64,000 nucleotides of DNA from positions 44,324 through 108,323 of the forward strand of contig CAZQLH010000002.1 of the NCBI GenBank assembly GCA_964594155.1, read 5' to 3'. The DNA comes from an uncultured Candidatus Saccharibacteria bacterium (lineage in GTDB: Bacteria; Patescibacteriota; Minisyncoccia; Portnoybacterales; UBA2143). A model generated the notes under the pieces. That model had not been told where the DNA came from and did no database searches. It saw nothing but the letters and a program-made list of their open reading frames with translations. Position 1 is the stretch's first letter. Each line of letters opens with the position of its first letter. Made by a program: the position numbers and the translations under genes. Below are positions 48,988-58,131 of this stretch, piece after piece.

Positions 48988-50544
48988 TTGACGAAAAGGG
49001 TTAAAAATGTTAATTTAAGCCATATAATGACCAAGAAAAAAGAAAAACAGAATAAGTTAAAAACAAGACCGCCTGTTGTGGTCATTTTAGGCCATGTTGA
49101 TCATGGAAAATCTTCAATTTTAGAAGCAGTTAAAGATCTTAAAATTACTGAAAAAGAATCTGGCGGAATTACACAGCATATTGGAGCCTACCAAGTGGAA
49201 CATCAAGGCAAAAAAATCACTTTTATTGACACGCCTGGCCATGAGGTTTTTTCAGCAATGCGTTCTCGGGGCGCTAAAGTGGCTGATATTGCTATTTTAG
49301 TTGTGGCAGCTGAAGAAGGTGTTAAGCCGCAAACTAAAGAAGCTATTGCCCATATTAAAAAAACCGGTCTTCCTTTAATTGTTGCTTTGAATAAAATTGA
49401 TAAAAAAGAAGCTCAGCCAGAAAAAGTTAAACGTGAATTGTCAGAAAACGATATTTTAGTTGAATCATTAGGCGGTAAAATTCCTTGTATTAATCTTTCA
49501 GCTAAAAAAGGCCAAGGCATAGATGAATTTTTAGAAATGATTCTTTTAGTAGCTGAAATGGAAGAATTAAAAGACGAGTCAAGTGAATTAGCTTCTGGAC
49601 TAGTTATTGAATCATATCAAGATGACCGTCGCGGAGCTACAGCTACTCTTTTGGTTAAAAAAGGAATTTTAGAAAAAAAAGATATTATTGGCACTGATTC
49701 AACTATGGGGAAAATTAAATCAATGGAAAATTTCCAATTTCGACCTATAGAAAAAGCGCCTACTTCTATGCCTGTTATTATCACCGGCTTTAACCAAGTT
49801 CCCCAAGTAGGAGAAAAATTCTCTGTATTTAAAAGCCTTGATGAAGCTCAAATTAGAATTGACAAAAAAACAGCCAAAAGAAATATGATGCCTGGTGGAG
49901 AAAAAGAAGTTTTTTCTTTTGACCCAGATAAAAAAGTCCTTAATATTATTCTTAAAGCTGATGTTCATGGTTCTTTAGAAGCTATTAAAGAATCATTTAA
50001 AAGTATTCCTTCTGATGAAGTAATTATTAGAATCTTAAAATCTGAAGTTGGAGAAATTAATGAATCAGATATTAAATTAGCTGAATCAGCCAAGGCAAAA
50101 GTAATTGGATTTAGAAATAAAGCCAATCAATCTGTTAAGCAATTAGCTCAACAAAAGAAAATAAGGGTTTCTACTTTTGAAATAATCTATGAGCTTATCC
50201 AAGAAATAAGGCAATTAGCTTCTAATCTTTTAGATCCGGAAATAACTAGAAATGATTTAGGCAAAGTTAAAATCTTAGCTGTATTCCGAACTGAAAAAGA
50301 CAGACAGATTATTGGAGGCAAAGTAACTAGCGGACAAATTAAAAAAGGAACCTTGATTGATGTTATCCAAGATGGAAAAAAAGCAGGCCAAGGAAAAATA
50401 ATACAGCTTCAACGCGATAAAAAAGAAGCTGATGAAGTAAACAAAGGACAAGAATGCGGCCTTCTTTTTCAAGGAACATCTGTTATTGAAAAAGGAGATA
50501 TCCTAGAATTTTACGAAGAAGAAAGAAAAAAGAGAGAAATATAA
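48988..50544 (+). CDS. infB: Translation initiation factor IF-2 (short form)
   Basis: G-domain motifs [15 protein letters not shown] and NKID. The true start is possibly at the downstream ATG. Confidence 0.8.
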   Translation: MTKRVKNVNLSHIMTKKKEKQNKLKTRPPVVVILGHVDHGKSSILEAVKDLKITEKESGGITQHIGAYQVEHQGKKITFIDTPGHEVFSAMRSRGAKVADIAILVVAAEEGVKPQTKEAIAHIKKTGLPLIVALNKIDKKEAQPEKVKRELSENDILVESLGGKIPCINLSAKKGQGIDEFLEMILLVAEMEELKDESSELASGLVIESYQDDRRGATATLLVKKGILEKKDIIGTDSTMGKIKSMENFQFRPIEKAPTSMPVIITGFNQVPQVGEKFSVFKSLDEAQIRIDKKTAKRNMMPGGEKEVFSFDPDKKVLNIILKADVHGSLEAIKESFKSIPSDEVIIRILKSEVGEINESDIKLAESAKAKVIGFRNKANQSVKQLAQQKKIRVSTFEIIYELIQEIRQLASNLLDPEITRNDLGKVKILAVFRTEKDRQIIGGKVTSGQIKKGTLIDVIQDGKKAGQGKIIQLQRDKKEADEVNKGQECGLLFQGTSVIEKGDILEFYEEERKKREI

Positions 50545-50551
50545 AAAATAA

Positions 50552-50890
50552 ATGTCTTCTGATAGAATAAAACGAATTAATCAGCTTCTTAAACAAGAAG
50601 TTAGCCAATTGCTTTTAAAAGAAGTTGATTTTAAAGATGTTTTAGTTACAATTACCAGAGTAAAAACATCACCTGATTTAAAATACGCTAAAATCAATAT
50701 TAGCGTCTTGCCAACAGAAAAAAATGAATTAGCTTTAAAAATAATTGAAAAAAATATTTTTAATATTCAACAAGAACTTAATAAAAGATTGCATCTAAAA
50801 TTCGTTCCTAAAATCAGATTTGAAATTGATCAAGTAGAAGTAGAAGCCAAAAGAATTGAAGAAATTTTAAGTAAAATAGATAAATCTTGA
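50552..50890 (+). CDS. rbfA: Ribosome-binding factor A
   Basis: RIKRINQLLKQEVSQLL and the KH-like fold region. Confidence 0.75.
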   Translation: MSSDRIKRINQLLKQEVSQLLLKEVDFKDVLVTITRVKTSPDLKYAKINISVLPTEKNELALKIIEKNIFNIQQELNKRLHLKFVPKIRFEIDQVEVEAKRIEEILSKIDKS

Positions 50891-50924
50891 AATTATTAAG
50901 AAATGTGGTAGAATAGGGAAATAA

Positions 50925-50996
50925 GGCCTTGTGGCGGAGTGGCTTACGCGGCGGTTTGCAAAACCGCTTACACCGGTTCAATTCCGGTCAAGGCCT
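50925..50996 (+). tRNA. tRNA-Cys (anticodon GCA)
   Basis: Acceptor GGCCTTG/CAAGGCC, anticodon stem GCGGT/ACCGC with loop TTGCAAA and discriminator U. Confidence 0.75.
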
Positions 50997-51017
50997 CTCG
51001 ATAAACAATAAATTTAT

Positions 51018-51103
51018 GCCGGAGTGATGGAATTGCCAGACATGCACGACTTAAAATCGTGTGGGCTTAGCCCGTGCGGGTTGGAATCCCGCCTCCGGCA
51101 CCA
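51018..51103 (+). tRNA. tRNA-Leu (anticodon TAA)
   Basis: Acceptor GCCGGAG/CTCCGGC, anticodon stem CACGA/TCGTG with loop CTTAAAA, a long variable arm and an encoded CCA. The T-loop TTGGAAT is unusual. Confidence 0.7.
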
Positions 51104-51109
51104 AAAAAT

Positions 51110-51865
51110 ATGGAAGGTTTATTTACTAAAGCTATCAATTCCCACTTCTTTAAAGAATGGAATTCAGAAATGAGTTATGTTTTAGGATACATAACAGCCG
51201 ATGGATGTATATCTATGGATAAAAAAAGAAAAAATCCATTTTCTCTTAATATAACTTCTGCTGAAAAAAAACATTTATATAAAATAAGAAAAGCACTTGG
51301 ATCAACTCATAAAATAGGTAAAAAAATAGGAGGATACTCTGGTGGGATTTCTTACCAAATTCAACTTCGTAATCCAGTTATTTGTAATAATCTTATAAAT
51401 TTAGGTATCTTACCTAGAAAGACATACAATTTAAATCCAATAAAAGTCCCTAATAAATATTTTTCTGATTTTGTTCGGGGATTTTTTGATGGCGATGGGA
51501 CAGTTTATATTTACACAGTTAATAGTACACCACAAATAAAAACTGAATTTGTAAGCACAAGTTTGCCTTTTATAACTGAATTTAATAAAGATCTCTGTAA
51601 AGGACTTAACATTCCTCAAAAAGCTATTCACAAACAAATTCCTAAAATAAAAAATAAAGTTGTTATGTATTCTATTTGTCTATATGTTGATGATTGTGAA
51701 AGATTAAATAAATTTATGTATCAAAATAATCCATCCTTATATCTCCCACGAAAGTATAAAGTTTTTGAAAAATGGAAAACTATTAAAAGAAGAAAATACA
51801 CGAAACAAAATTACCCATCAAAAGTTGGCTGGCAATTAAATCAAAATTACTTAAGAACAAACTAA
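51110..51865 (+). CDS. LAGLIDADG-family homing endonuclease, free-standing
   Basis: Two dodecapeptide motifs, LGYITADGCI and VRGFFDGDGTVYIY. The ATG lies 7 nt after the tRNA CCA. Confidence 0.75.
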   Translation: MEGLFTKAINSHFFKEWNSEMSYVLGYITADGCISMDKKRKNPFSLNITSAEKKHLYKIRKALGSTHKIGKKIGGYSGGISYQIQLRNPVICNNLINLGILPRKTYNLNPIKVPNKYFSDFVRGFFDGDGTVYIYTVNSTPQIKTEFVSTSLPFITEFNKDLCKGLNIPQKAIHKQIPKIKNKVVMYSICLYVDDCERLNKFMYQNNPSLYLPRKYKVFEKWKTIKRRKYTKQNYPSKVGWQLNQNYLRTN

Positions 51866-51894
51866 AAAAGACCCGATTGACGGGTCTTTTTTAT
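51864..51894. terminator. Bidirectional terminator
   Basis: aaaaaagacccg-attga-cgggtctttttt. Confidence 0.6.
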
Positions 51895-52379
51895 GCTCCA
51901 AGTACTTCTATTTTAACTTGTTTGATTCCAAATTGTTTGGCTTGATTACGAGAAGCAAACCAAATATCTATTTTATGGCTGTTTTTGCGAGCCATTCGGT
52001 CCTCAACTATGAAAATCTTATCTCCATATAATTGAGGAAAACGAACTCGCGTTCCAAACCTCAAAAAGTTACAAGCAACAATACCATCTCGAACTCTGGT
52101 TCCTGAAGCAGTAATAAAAGGTGTTGAGTCAGTTTGATCAAATGTGCTTGAATAAGCAGTTGTCAAAACCCAAGAACTATATCTTACTACTGGAATATCA
52201 GGAACAGACGGCTGAATTAAAGCCTGGCCATAAAGAGTGGCCAAATTATTATCCAAAGATGCCTGAATTTCTTCAGCTGAATTCAAATCAATTGAATTAT
52301 AGCCAGAATAAGGTAATAGCAAGTTGGAAACCAAGCTAGCTAGAGCCAATGAAGCTGAAACTTTCGGATTAATATACAT
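51891..52379 (-). CDS. 3D-domain protein (MltA/YuiC-like cell-wall-binding fold)
   Basis: C-terminal VACN...GTRVRF...IFIVEDRMARKNSHKIDIWF resembles the 3D-domain signature. Confidence 0.55.
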   Translation of the reverse strand: MYINPKVSASLALASLVSNLLLPYSGYNSIDLNSAEEIQASLDNNLATLYGQALIQPSVPDIPVVRYSSWVLTTAYSSTFDQTDSTPFITASGTRVRDGIVACNFLRFGTRVRFPQLYGDKIFIVEDRMARKNSHKIDIWFASRNQAKQFGIKQVKIEVLGA

Positions 52380-52488
52380 AATATTGTTAAAGCAAATTAA
52401 AAAAGCCCTTCAGGACTTTCCCATATACTATCATATCTAATCCAATTTGTCAAGGATTTTTAGGGTATTTTATTGAATAAAAATCGTG

Positions 52489-52560
52489 AGCGGGTGAGCG
52501 GAATCGAACCGCCGTCGCGTGATTGGCAACCACGTGTAATAACCACTATACGACACCCGC
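52489..52560 (-). tRNA. tRNA-Gly (anticodon GCC)
   Basis: Reverse complement has acceptor GCGGGTG/CACCCGC and anticodon stem CGTGG/TCACG with loop TTGCCAA. Confidence 0.7.
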
Positions 52561-52611
52561 ATATTCAATTGTTCTTATTATACTACACTATCTCAATTTT
52601 TCAAGAAATTG

Positions 52612-52683
52612 TGCCGAGGGGCGGATTTGAACCGCCGACACCACGAGTTTCAGTCGTGTGCTCTACCCCTGAGCTACCTCGGC
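52612..52683 (-). tRNA. tRNA-Phe (anticodon GAA)
   Basis: Reverse complement has acceptor GCCGAGG/CCTCGGC, D stem GCTC/GAGC, loop CTGAAAC and GTTCAAAT. Confidence 0.8.
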
Positions 52684-52700
52684 ATATATTTAATTTTCTG

Positions 52701-52775
52701 TGGACCGTGTGGGACTCGAACCCACGACCCCTTCGATGCCATCGAAGTACTCTAAACCAACTGAGCTAACGGCCC
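52701..52775 (-). tRNA. tRNA-Ala (anticodon GGC)
   Basis: Reverse complement has acceptor GGGCCGT/ACGGTCC with G3-U70, loop ATGGCAT and GTTCGAGT. Confidence 0.7.
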
Positions 52776-52783
52776 CTTGCCAG

Positions 52784-52855
52784 TACCCCTACTAGGAGTC
52801 GAACCTAGATCAATGGCTTAGGAAGCCACGGCTCTATCCATTGAGCTATAGGGGC
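52784..52855 (-). tRNA. tRNA-Arg (anticodon CCT)
   Basis: Reverse complement has acceptor GCCCCTA/TAGGGGT, anticodon stem GTGGC/GCCAT with loop TTCCTAA and GTTCGACT. Confidence 0.7.
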
Positions 52856-52944
52856 AGTTTTCCCCATTGCTCACATAATATAATATTGACTTAATTGAGT
52901 CAATGGAATATACTGTAAGTAATCTAAGATAAATCTATAAAAAT

Positions 52945-54018
52945 ATGGCTAAAATAAAATCACCTACTGTTAAAGTTGTTAAAAAAATAAGTCCAGCTGT
53001 AGTTAGTATTATTATCAGCAAGGACCTGCCTAAAATCAAAAGATATATCTATCAGCCTTTTGATGAATTTTTAGGACCTTATGGTCCGCCTATCACTCAA
53101 TACCGCCAAGAAGGAAAACAAAAAGTTAAGCTTGGCGGAGGAAGTGGTTTTTTTGTTTCTCCAGACGGCATTATTATCACTAATCGCCATGTAGTTGTTT
53201 CTCCTGATGTTGACTATACAATAGTAACTGCTGTTGGAAAAGAATATCAAACAGAAATCTTAGCCCGTGATTCAGTTAATGACGTAGCTATTATTAAAAT
53301 TAAAGATACTAAAAAAAAGAAATTCCCAATTTTAGAATTAGGCGATTCTAATAAGGTTGAATTAGGACAAGATGTTGTAGCAATTGGCAATGCCTTAGGC
53401 GCTTTTAGAAACACTGTTTCTACTGGAGTTGTTTCTGGATTAAGCCGTTTCATTACTGCCCGCGATGGTATATCTGGTCAGTCAGCTTCTTTAAGAGGTT
53501 TAATCCAAACTGACGCGGCTATTAACCCAGGTAATTCAGGCGGACCTTTGGTTGATCTTGATGGCAAAGTCATTGCTATTAACGTAGCTACGGTCATGGG
53601 CGCTCAAAATATTGGCTTTGCTATTCCAGTTAATAATGCCAAAAAAGATCTATCTGACCTTAAAAAACATGGCCGGATTATCCAGCCATTTTTAGGCGTC
53701 CGCTATATTATGATAAATAAAATGGTTCAAGAAAGCTTTGCTGAAAGATTTGGTCTTCGCTTGCCAATTGATCATGGCGCTTTAGTTATTCCTGAACCAG
53801 GTATTGGCGATTCATCTATAGTTCCTAACAGTCCAGCAGCTAAAGCTGGCATAATGGAACGAGATATTATTTTAGAATTTGGCAAAACAAAAGTTACTGA
53901 AAAGAATCCTCTCCAGGAACTTATCTATAAGCATAAGCCAGGAGATGTAATTAAGATAAAAATCTTAAGAGGAGATAAAATCGGTATTACCACAATAAAA
54001 CTTGAAGAAAGAAAATAA
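52945..54018 (+). CDS. htrA: HtrA/DegP-family serine protease (trypsin-like plus PDZ)
   Basis: Catalytic triad context (H in TNRHVV, D, and GNSGGPL) with a C-terminal PDZ. Confidence 0.8.
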   Translation: MAKIKSPTVKVVKKISPAVVSIIISKDLPKIKRYIYQPFDEFLGPYGPPITQYRQEGKQKVKLGGGSGFFVSPDGIIITNRHVVVSPDVDYTIVTAVGKEYQTEILARDSVNDVAIIKIKDTKKKKFPILELGDSNKVELGQDVVAIGNALGAFRNTVSTGVVSGLSRFITARDGISGQSASLRGLIQTDAAINPGNSGGPLVDLDGKVIAINVATVMGAQNIGFAIPVNNAKKDLSDLKKHGRIIQPFLGVRYIMINKMVQESFAERFGLRLPIDHGALVIPEPGIGDSSIVPNSPAAKAGIMERDIILEFGKTKVTEKNPLQELIYKHKPGDVIKIKILRGDKIGITTIKLEERK

Positions 54019-54043
54019 CAACGGACTCTCTGCCTGAGAACAG

Positions 54044-54071
54044 AAACCCCCTGAATTTTCAGAGGGTTTTT
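54044..54071 (+). terminator. Rho-independent terminator
   Basis: aaaccccctgaa-ttt-tcagagggttttt. Confidence 0.5.
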
Positions 54072-54073
54072 GT

Positions 54074-54694
54074 TTATCCAACTATTAATTGAAAAAGCAG
54101 GAAAACTAAAGGTAAAATCCATTGAAAGGCAAAAACAATAAAGAAAAGCAAAAGAAAAGTTCCATATTGCTCTAAAAACACTCTAATATTATCCAAAGAA
54201 CGAGGTAAAAAAGCAAAAAGAATTTTAGAACCATCAAGCGGAGGTATAGGAATTAAATTAAAAACAGCTAAAAGGATGTTCAAAAAAACAATTAACCCAA
54301 AAATTTGGGTTAAATTGCCTGAAATTAAAAACTGTTCAGGCGCAAAACGCATAGCCAAACCAAATACCAAAGCTACTAAAAGATTAGCTGACGGACCAGC
54401 CGCTGCTACTTTAGCTTCTCCATATCTTTGATCACGAAGATTATATGGATTAAAGGGAACTGGTTTGGCCCAGCCAAAAATTGCCTGACCCCCAGAAGCA
54501 ACAAATACCATAAATGGGATAATTAAAGATCCCCAAAAATCCAAATGTTTAATAGGATTTAAAGTTAAACGACCATAATTTTTAGCTGTTGGATCGCCTA
54601 AGTTAAAAGCCATCCAACCATGAGCAAACTCATGAATAACTACTGACATTAATAGAATAGCTAATTGAAAAATTAAGATTACAAAAGACTCCAT
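54074..54694 (-). CDS. Site-2 protease family (M50) zinc metalloprotease
   Basis: HEFAHGW HExxH within a TM helix and a downstream LDG motif; 206 aa. Confidence 0.7.
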   Translation of the reverse strand: MESFVILIFQLAILLMSVVIHEFAHGWMAFNLGDPTAKNYGRLTLNPIKHLDFWGSLIIPFMVFVASGGQAIFGWAKPVPFNPYNLRDQRYGEAKVAAAGPSANLLVALVFGLAMRFAPEQFLISGNLTQIFGLIVFLNILLAVFNLIPIPPLDGSKILFAFLPRSLDNIRVFLEQYGTFLLLFFIVFAFQWILPLVFLLFQLIVG

Positions 54695-54735
54695 ATGCTT
54701 GAAAAATTATAATTTAAATGATAGAATGGTTTATT

Positions 54736-54924
54736 ATGTCCAGACGATGTACAATTTGCAATAAAAAATCAATGGTTGCAACCATACGAAAAAAGCTTCG
54801 TGGTCAGTATAACCCAACTGGCAAAAAAAGAAAATACCCTAATCTGCAATGGGTATATCTTCCTAATGGCAAAAGGGTCAAGGCCTGCGCTAAATGCATC
54901 AAAGCCATGGGAAAAACTAAATAA
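54736..54924 (+). CDS. rpmB: 50S ribosomal protein L28
   Basis: MSRRCTICNKK...GQYNPTGKKR...NLQWV...CAKCIK matches L28; the ATG at 54736 is used. Confidence 0.8.
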   Translation: MSRRCTICNKKSMVATIRKKLRGQYNPTGKKRKYPNLQWVYLPNGKRVKACAKCIKAMGKTK

Positions 54925-54936
54925 ATTCACAAAAGT

Positions 54937-54979
54937 AAAACGCCTTACTGAATTATCCAATAAGGCGTTTTTTTTTTTA
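54937..54979 (+). terminator. Rho-independent terminator
   Basis: aacgccttactgaattatccaataaggcgtt followed by T10. Confidence 0.7.
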
Positions 54980-54993
54980 TTTATTTATTTAAC

Positions 54994-55140
54994 TTAGATA
55001 TGCCGCGAGACGCCGCAATTCCTGCAGGGACTTTTTTTTCTTTTTCTTTTATTTTTGGTTCCGCAATTCTTGCAGATCCAACCTACATTTTCTCTTTCCT
55101 GGGGTTTTTTTACTCTAGCAAACATTCTTTTCCCTTTCAT
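54994..55140 (-). CDS. Small basic zinc-ribbon protein (48 aa), not on the ORF track
   Basis: MKGKRMFARVKKPQERENVGWICKNCGTKNKRKRKKSPCRNCGVSRHI carries CxxC-x11-CxxC and the SD taggagg 8 nt upstream. The plus-strand ORFs here are low complexity. Confidence 0.35.
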   Translation of the reverse strand: MKGKRMFARVKKPQERENVGWICKNCGTKNKRKRKKSPCRNCGVSRHI

Positions 55141-55148
55141 AAAGCCTC

Positions 55149-55286
55149 CTATTGTTGGTCATCAGATGATCTATCAGAACTTTCTTTGGGCTCCTTATCT
55201 CCTCCTTCTTTGTTTTTACTCAGCATTTCATCAATTTCGCTATTATCAATAATGACATTAACCGGAATACCAAAAATTTCTTTCAT
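55149..55286 (-). CDS. Small acidic peptide (45 aa), upstream partner of the zinc-ribbon ORF
   Basis: MKEIFGIPVNVIIDNSEIDEMLSKNKEGGDKEPKESSDRSSDDQQ with the SD aaggag 8 nt upstream. Confidence 0.3.
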   Translation of the reverse strand: MKEIFGIPVNVIIDNSEIDEMLSKNKEGGDKEPKESSDRSSDDQQ

Positions 55287-55363
55287 TGTTTTTTCTCCTT
55301 TTTTTAAAAAACAAAAATAACCTTAAGGCTGTTATTATAGCAAGAATAAAATCCTTGTCAACC

Positions 55364-55972
55364 CTATTCTTCTTTCATATCTAAATTGACATCATAAAGG
55401 ATTTCTTCTACAACTAAGCGGTAATTGAGAATTTCTTCTTTTTTAAACCAAATTTCTATTTCTTTTTTTGCTTCTTCAGGGCTGCCTGATGCATGAACAA
55501 GATTTCTAATTGCCCGATTATCAGTATCAGCTAAAGGATAAGAATCAATGGTAAAATCGCCCCGAATTGTTCCTACGTCAGAAATCAATGGCTCTGTTCC
55601 GCCGGTAATCTTCCTTATAATGCCATTTGCTTCATTTCCCTGCCAAACCATTGCTATTATCGGGCCAGAGGACATAAATTTTTTTAACTTGCCCAAAACC
55701 CATTGTCCGCATTCCTTGGGATTTTTAAATATCGGCTTTTCTCCTTTTTTCTTATAAGAATCTATTGTTTTTTTACCAACTGACTCTAACCAATTATCAT
55801 CAATTAAATAATGCTGTTCAATTAACTCTGGGGTTGGAATAAAAAACTTTAAGCCAATTAATTTTAATCCTGTTTGTTCATAACGTTTAATTATTTCGCC
55901 AATTAACGAACGTTGAATGCCATCAGGTTTTATAAGAACTAAACTTCTTTCTTTTTGTCTTTTATTCTTCAT
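55364..55972 (-). CDS. ndk: Nucleoside-diphosphate kinase (with an internal insertion)
   Basis: ERSLVLIKPDG and NLVHASGSPEEA motifs. Confidence 0.75.
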   Translation of the reverse strand: MKNKRQKERSLVLIKPDGIQRSLIGEIIKRYEQTGLKLIGLKFFIPTPELIEQHYLIDDNWLESVGKKTIDSYKKKGEKPIFKNPKECGQWVLGKLKKFMSSGPIIAMVWQGNEANGIIRKITGGTEPLISDVGTIRGDFTIDSYPLADTDNRAIRNLVHASGSPEEAKKEIEIWFKKEEILNYRLVVEEILYDVNLDMKEE

Positions 55973-55985
55973 TTTTTACCTCCTT

Positions 55986-56852
55986 TTATTTTTCAGTCAC
56001 TATATCAAATAAAACCCCATCTGTCAAAATTTGAATATCGTGATTTTTATCTGTTCTATAGATTGAAGAATTCTTTAATCTTTCTAAAACTGTTTCATTT
56101 GGATGATTATAGCGATTATTTTCTCCAACAGAAATCACAGCGATTTCTGGATTAACTTTATTAATAAAGCTCTGAATACTTGATGTTTTACTGCCATGAT
56201 GAGCTATTTTTAAAACATCTGATTCCAGCCATATATCCTGATTAACTAAATATTTTTCAATTTCTTTTTCAATATCGCCAGTTAAAAGAAATTCTGATTG
56301 ATTATAAACTAATCGCGCAACTATTGAACCGTTATTAGTATTCTTGTTAGATAATTCTATTAAATACTGATCTGGCCAAAGAATTTCTAAAATAATTCCA
56401 TCTTGTAAAATAATGTTCTGGCCAGCTTGAACTATGGTTAAAGGAATCTCTTTTTGTTTAATCAATTCCTGCCACTTTTTGTAAGTTGCTGTGTCTTTTT
56501 CAAAACCGCTAGTTAAAATACGGCCAATTTGATAATACTCAAGAACTTCAATTAGGCCAGTAATATGATCTGCGTCAGGATGTGTTAAAACAACTAAATC
56601 AATAGTTTGATCGTAAAAAGGCATTGCTTGATTTAATTTTTCCAAAACAGTTTTATCTGGCCCGCCATCAATTAAAACTTGTCTTTTATTTGGCGTTTCA
56701 ATAAAAATACTATCTCCTTGTCCAACATCAAAAAAATGAACTTCTAAAATATTATTAGGCGTTTGAATGAAAATAACTGACCAGACAAAAATAGTCCCGC
56801 TAAAAAGGATTATTAAAATGAAATATTTAGTTTTTCGCGCTATAAAAAACAT
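55986..56852 (-). CDS. comEC: ComEC C-terminal metallo-beta-lactamase domain (separate ORF)
   Basis: N-terminal TM then HFFDVGQGDSIFIETPNKRQVLIDGGPD...LTHPDADH MBL motifs. Confidence 0.7.
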   Translation of the reverse strand: MFFIARKTKYFILIILFSGTIFVWSVIFIQTPNNILEVHFFDVGQGDSIFIETPNKRQVLIDGGPDKTVLEKLNQAMPFYDQTIDLVVLTHPDADHITGLIEVLEYYQIGRILTSGFEKDTATYKKWQELIKQKEIPLTIVQAGQNIILQDGIILEILWPDQYLIELSNKNTNNGSIVARLVYNQSEFLLTGDIEKEIEKYLVNQDIWLESDVLKIAHHGSKTSSIQSFINKVNPEIAVISVGENNRYNHPNETVLERLKNSSIYRTDKNHDIQILTDGVLFDIVTEK

Positions 56853-58128
56853 AGACCCACGCTAAAATTACATAATATCCTATTAAAAAGACCCAAGAAA
56901 CACTTTTAAACTCATAAGCTGCTAAAGGAACTGCTGATAAATAATCAATTACTTTAATAAGATAGGTTAATAAAAACCAAACTGGCCAAGCAATGATTTG
57001 CCCTAAAGACAACCAAATTAAACCAGTAAAACTTAAAACTATTCCAGAAATCATTATTACGGGCAATAAAGGAACAATTAATAAATTAGCTAAAGGTGAA
57101 ATTAAAGAAAGCCGGCCAAAGTGGAAAATTAGAATTGGCAAAGTTCCTAATTGAGCAGCTAAAGTCATAGTTAAAATATCTTTAAGTTGGCAAGGATTAG
57201 GCAATTTGCTTGTTTTCTCATCTAAAATCGGCTTTAGATAAATAATGCTTAAACAAGCTATAAAAGAAAGTTGAAAGCCAACATCAGATTTCAAAAGAAG
57301 AGGATTAATTAAAAGCATAATAGCAGCGGCAAAAACCACTGCTCGATCAGCGCTTCTTAATCGCCCTGCTTTTTGAGCAAGTAAGAGCAAGCCAGCCATT
57401 ATTCCAGCCCTTATAGCTGATGCTGGAGCCCCTATCATTAAAATATATATGAATAACAAGATAAGAACAAAATAAAAGGCCTGTTGTCGCCATAAACCAA
57501 TAGCTAATCCTAAAAAAAGAAGAATCTGGCTCATAATAATCATATGCATGCCTGAAATAGCCACAATATGCCTAGTTCCGCTAATATTCAACTTTTCTTT
57601 TAATTCATTAGATAATCCATACTTGTCGCCTAAAAAAATAGCTTTTAATACTGAACTTTGGGGCGGCAATAATGTCTGTTCTATTACATTCCTTAATTTA
57701 TCTTTAAAATTAAAAATTATTTGAAAAAACCAATGCCCTTGATTTTCATCTAATTTAGTAATTTGTGAATAATATATTACTAAATGAATTTTATCTTTGG
57801 CTAAATAAGCGCGATAATCAAAATCATCAAAAACAGCAGGCTCTCTTAAAGTCCCGCTGATTTTTAATTCATCGCCATAATAATATTGAGGATATAGTTC
57901 TGTAGTTACTAAAATTTTTCCAGGAATCTCTTCTATTTTAAATTCAAATTTCTGTTGATTAATTCTTTGCTCTGGTTCATTAATAATAATTCCTTGTAAA
58001 ACTACTTCTTGATCATAATATTGATTAACTTTTTCTGGTTCTATTTTAAAACCTCCTAATAAAGAAAAAATCAAAACACCGCTAATAAAAACCAAACAAA
58101 TACAAACAAGAATTTTTGACTTAGTCAT
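56827..58128 (-). CDS. comEC: ComEC/Rec2 membrane channel portion (DUF4131 plus Competence domain)
   Basis: Multi-TM competence-domain sequence. Its end overlaps the MBL ORF by 26 nt in another frame, at an A6/T6 run. Confidence 0.7.
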   Translation of the reverse strand: MTKSKILVCICLVFISGVLIFSLLGGFKIEPEKVNQYYDQEVVLQGIIINEPEQRINQQKFEFKIEEIPGKILVTTELYPQYYYGDELKISGTLREPAVFDDFDYRAYLAKDKIHLVIYYSQITKLDENQGHWFFQIIFNFKDKLRNVIEQTLLPPQSSVLKAIFLGDKYGLSNELKEKLNISGTRHIVAISGMHMIIMSQILLFLGLAIGLWRQQAFYFVLILLFIYILMIGAPASAIRAGIMAGLLLLAQKAGRLRSADRAVVFAAAIMLLINPLLLKSDVGFQLSFIACLSIIYLKPILDEKTSKLPNPCQLKDILTMTLAAQLGTLPILIFHFGRLSLISPLANLLIVPLLPVIMISGIVLSFTGLIWLSLGQIIAWPVWFLLTYLIKVIDYLSAVPLAAYEFKSVSWVFLIGYYVILAWVYVFYSAKN

Positions 58129-58131
58129 AAT

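Noticed and set aside
52473-52769. 98-aa plus-strand ORF
   Set aside because: It spans three minus-strand tRNA genes (GIEPP/GFEPP motifs), so it is spurious.
55000-55320. Plus-strand ORFs of 106 and 65 aa
   Set aside because: They are Ser/Leu/Phe low-complexity with no SD. The opposite strand carries two short ORFs with strong SDs, which I favour.
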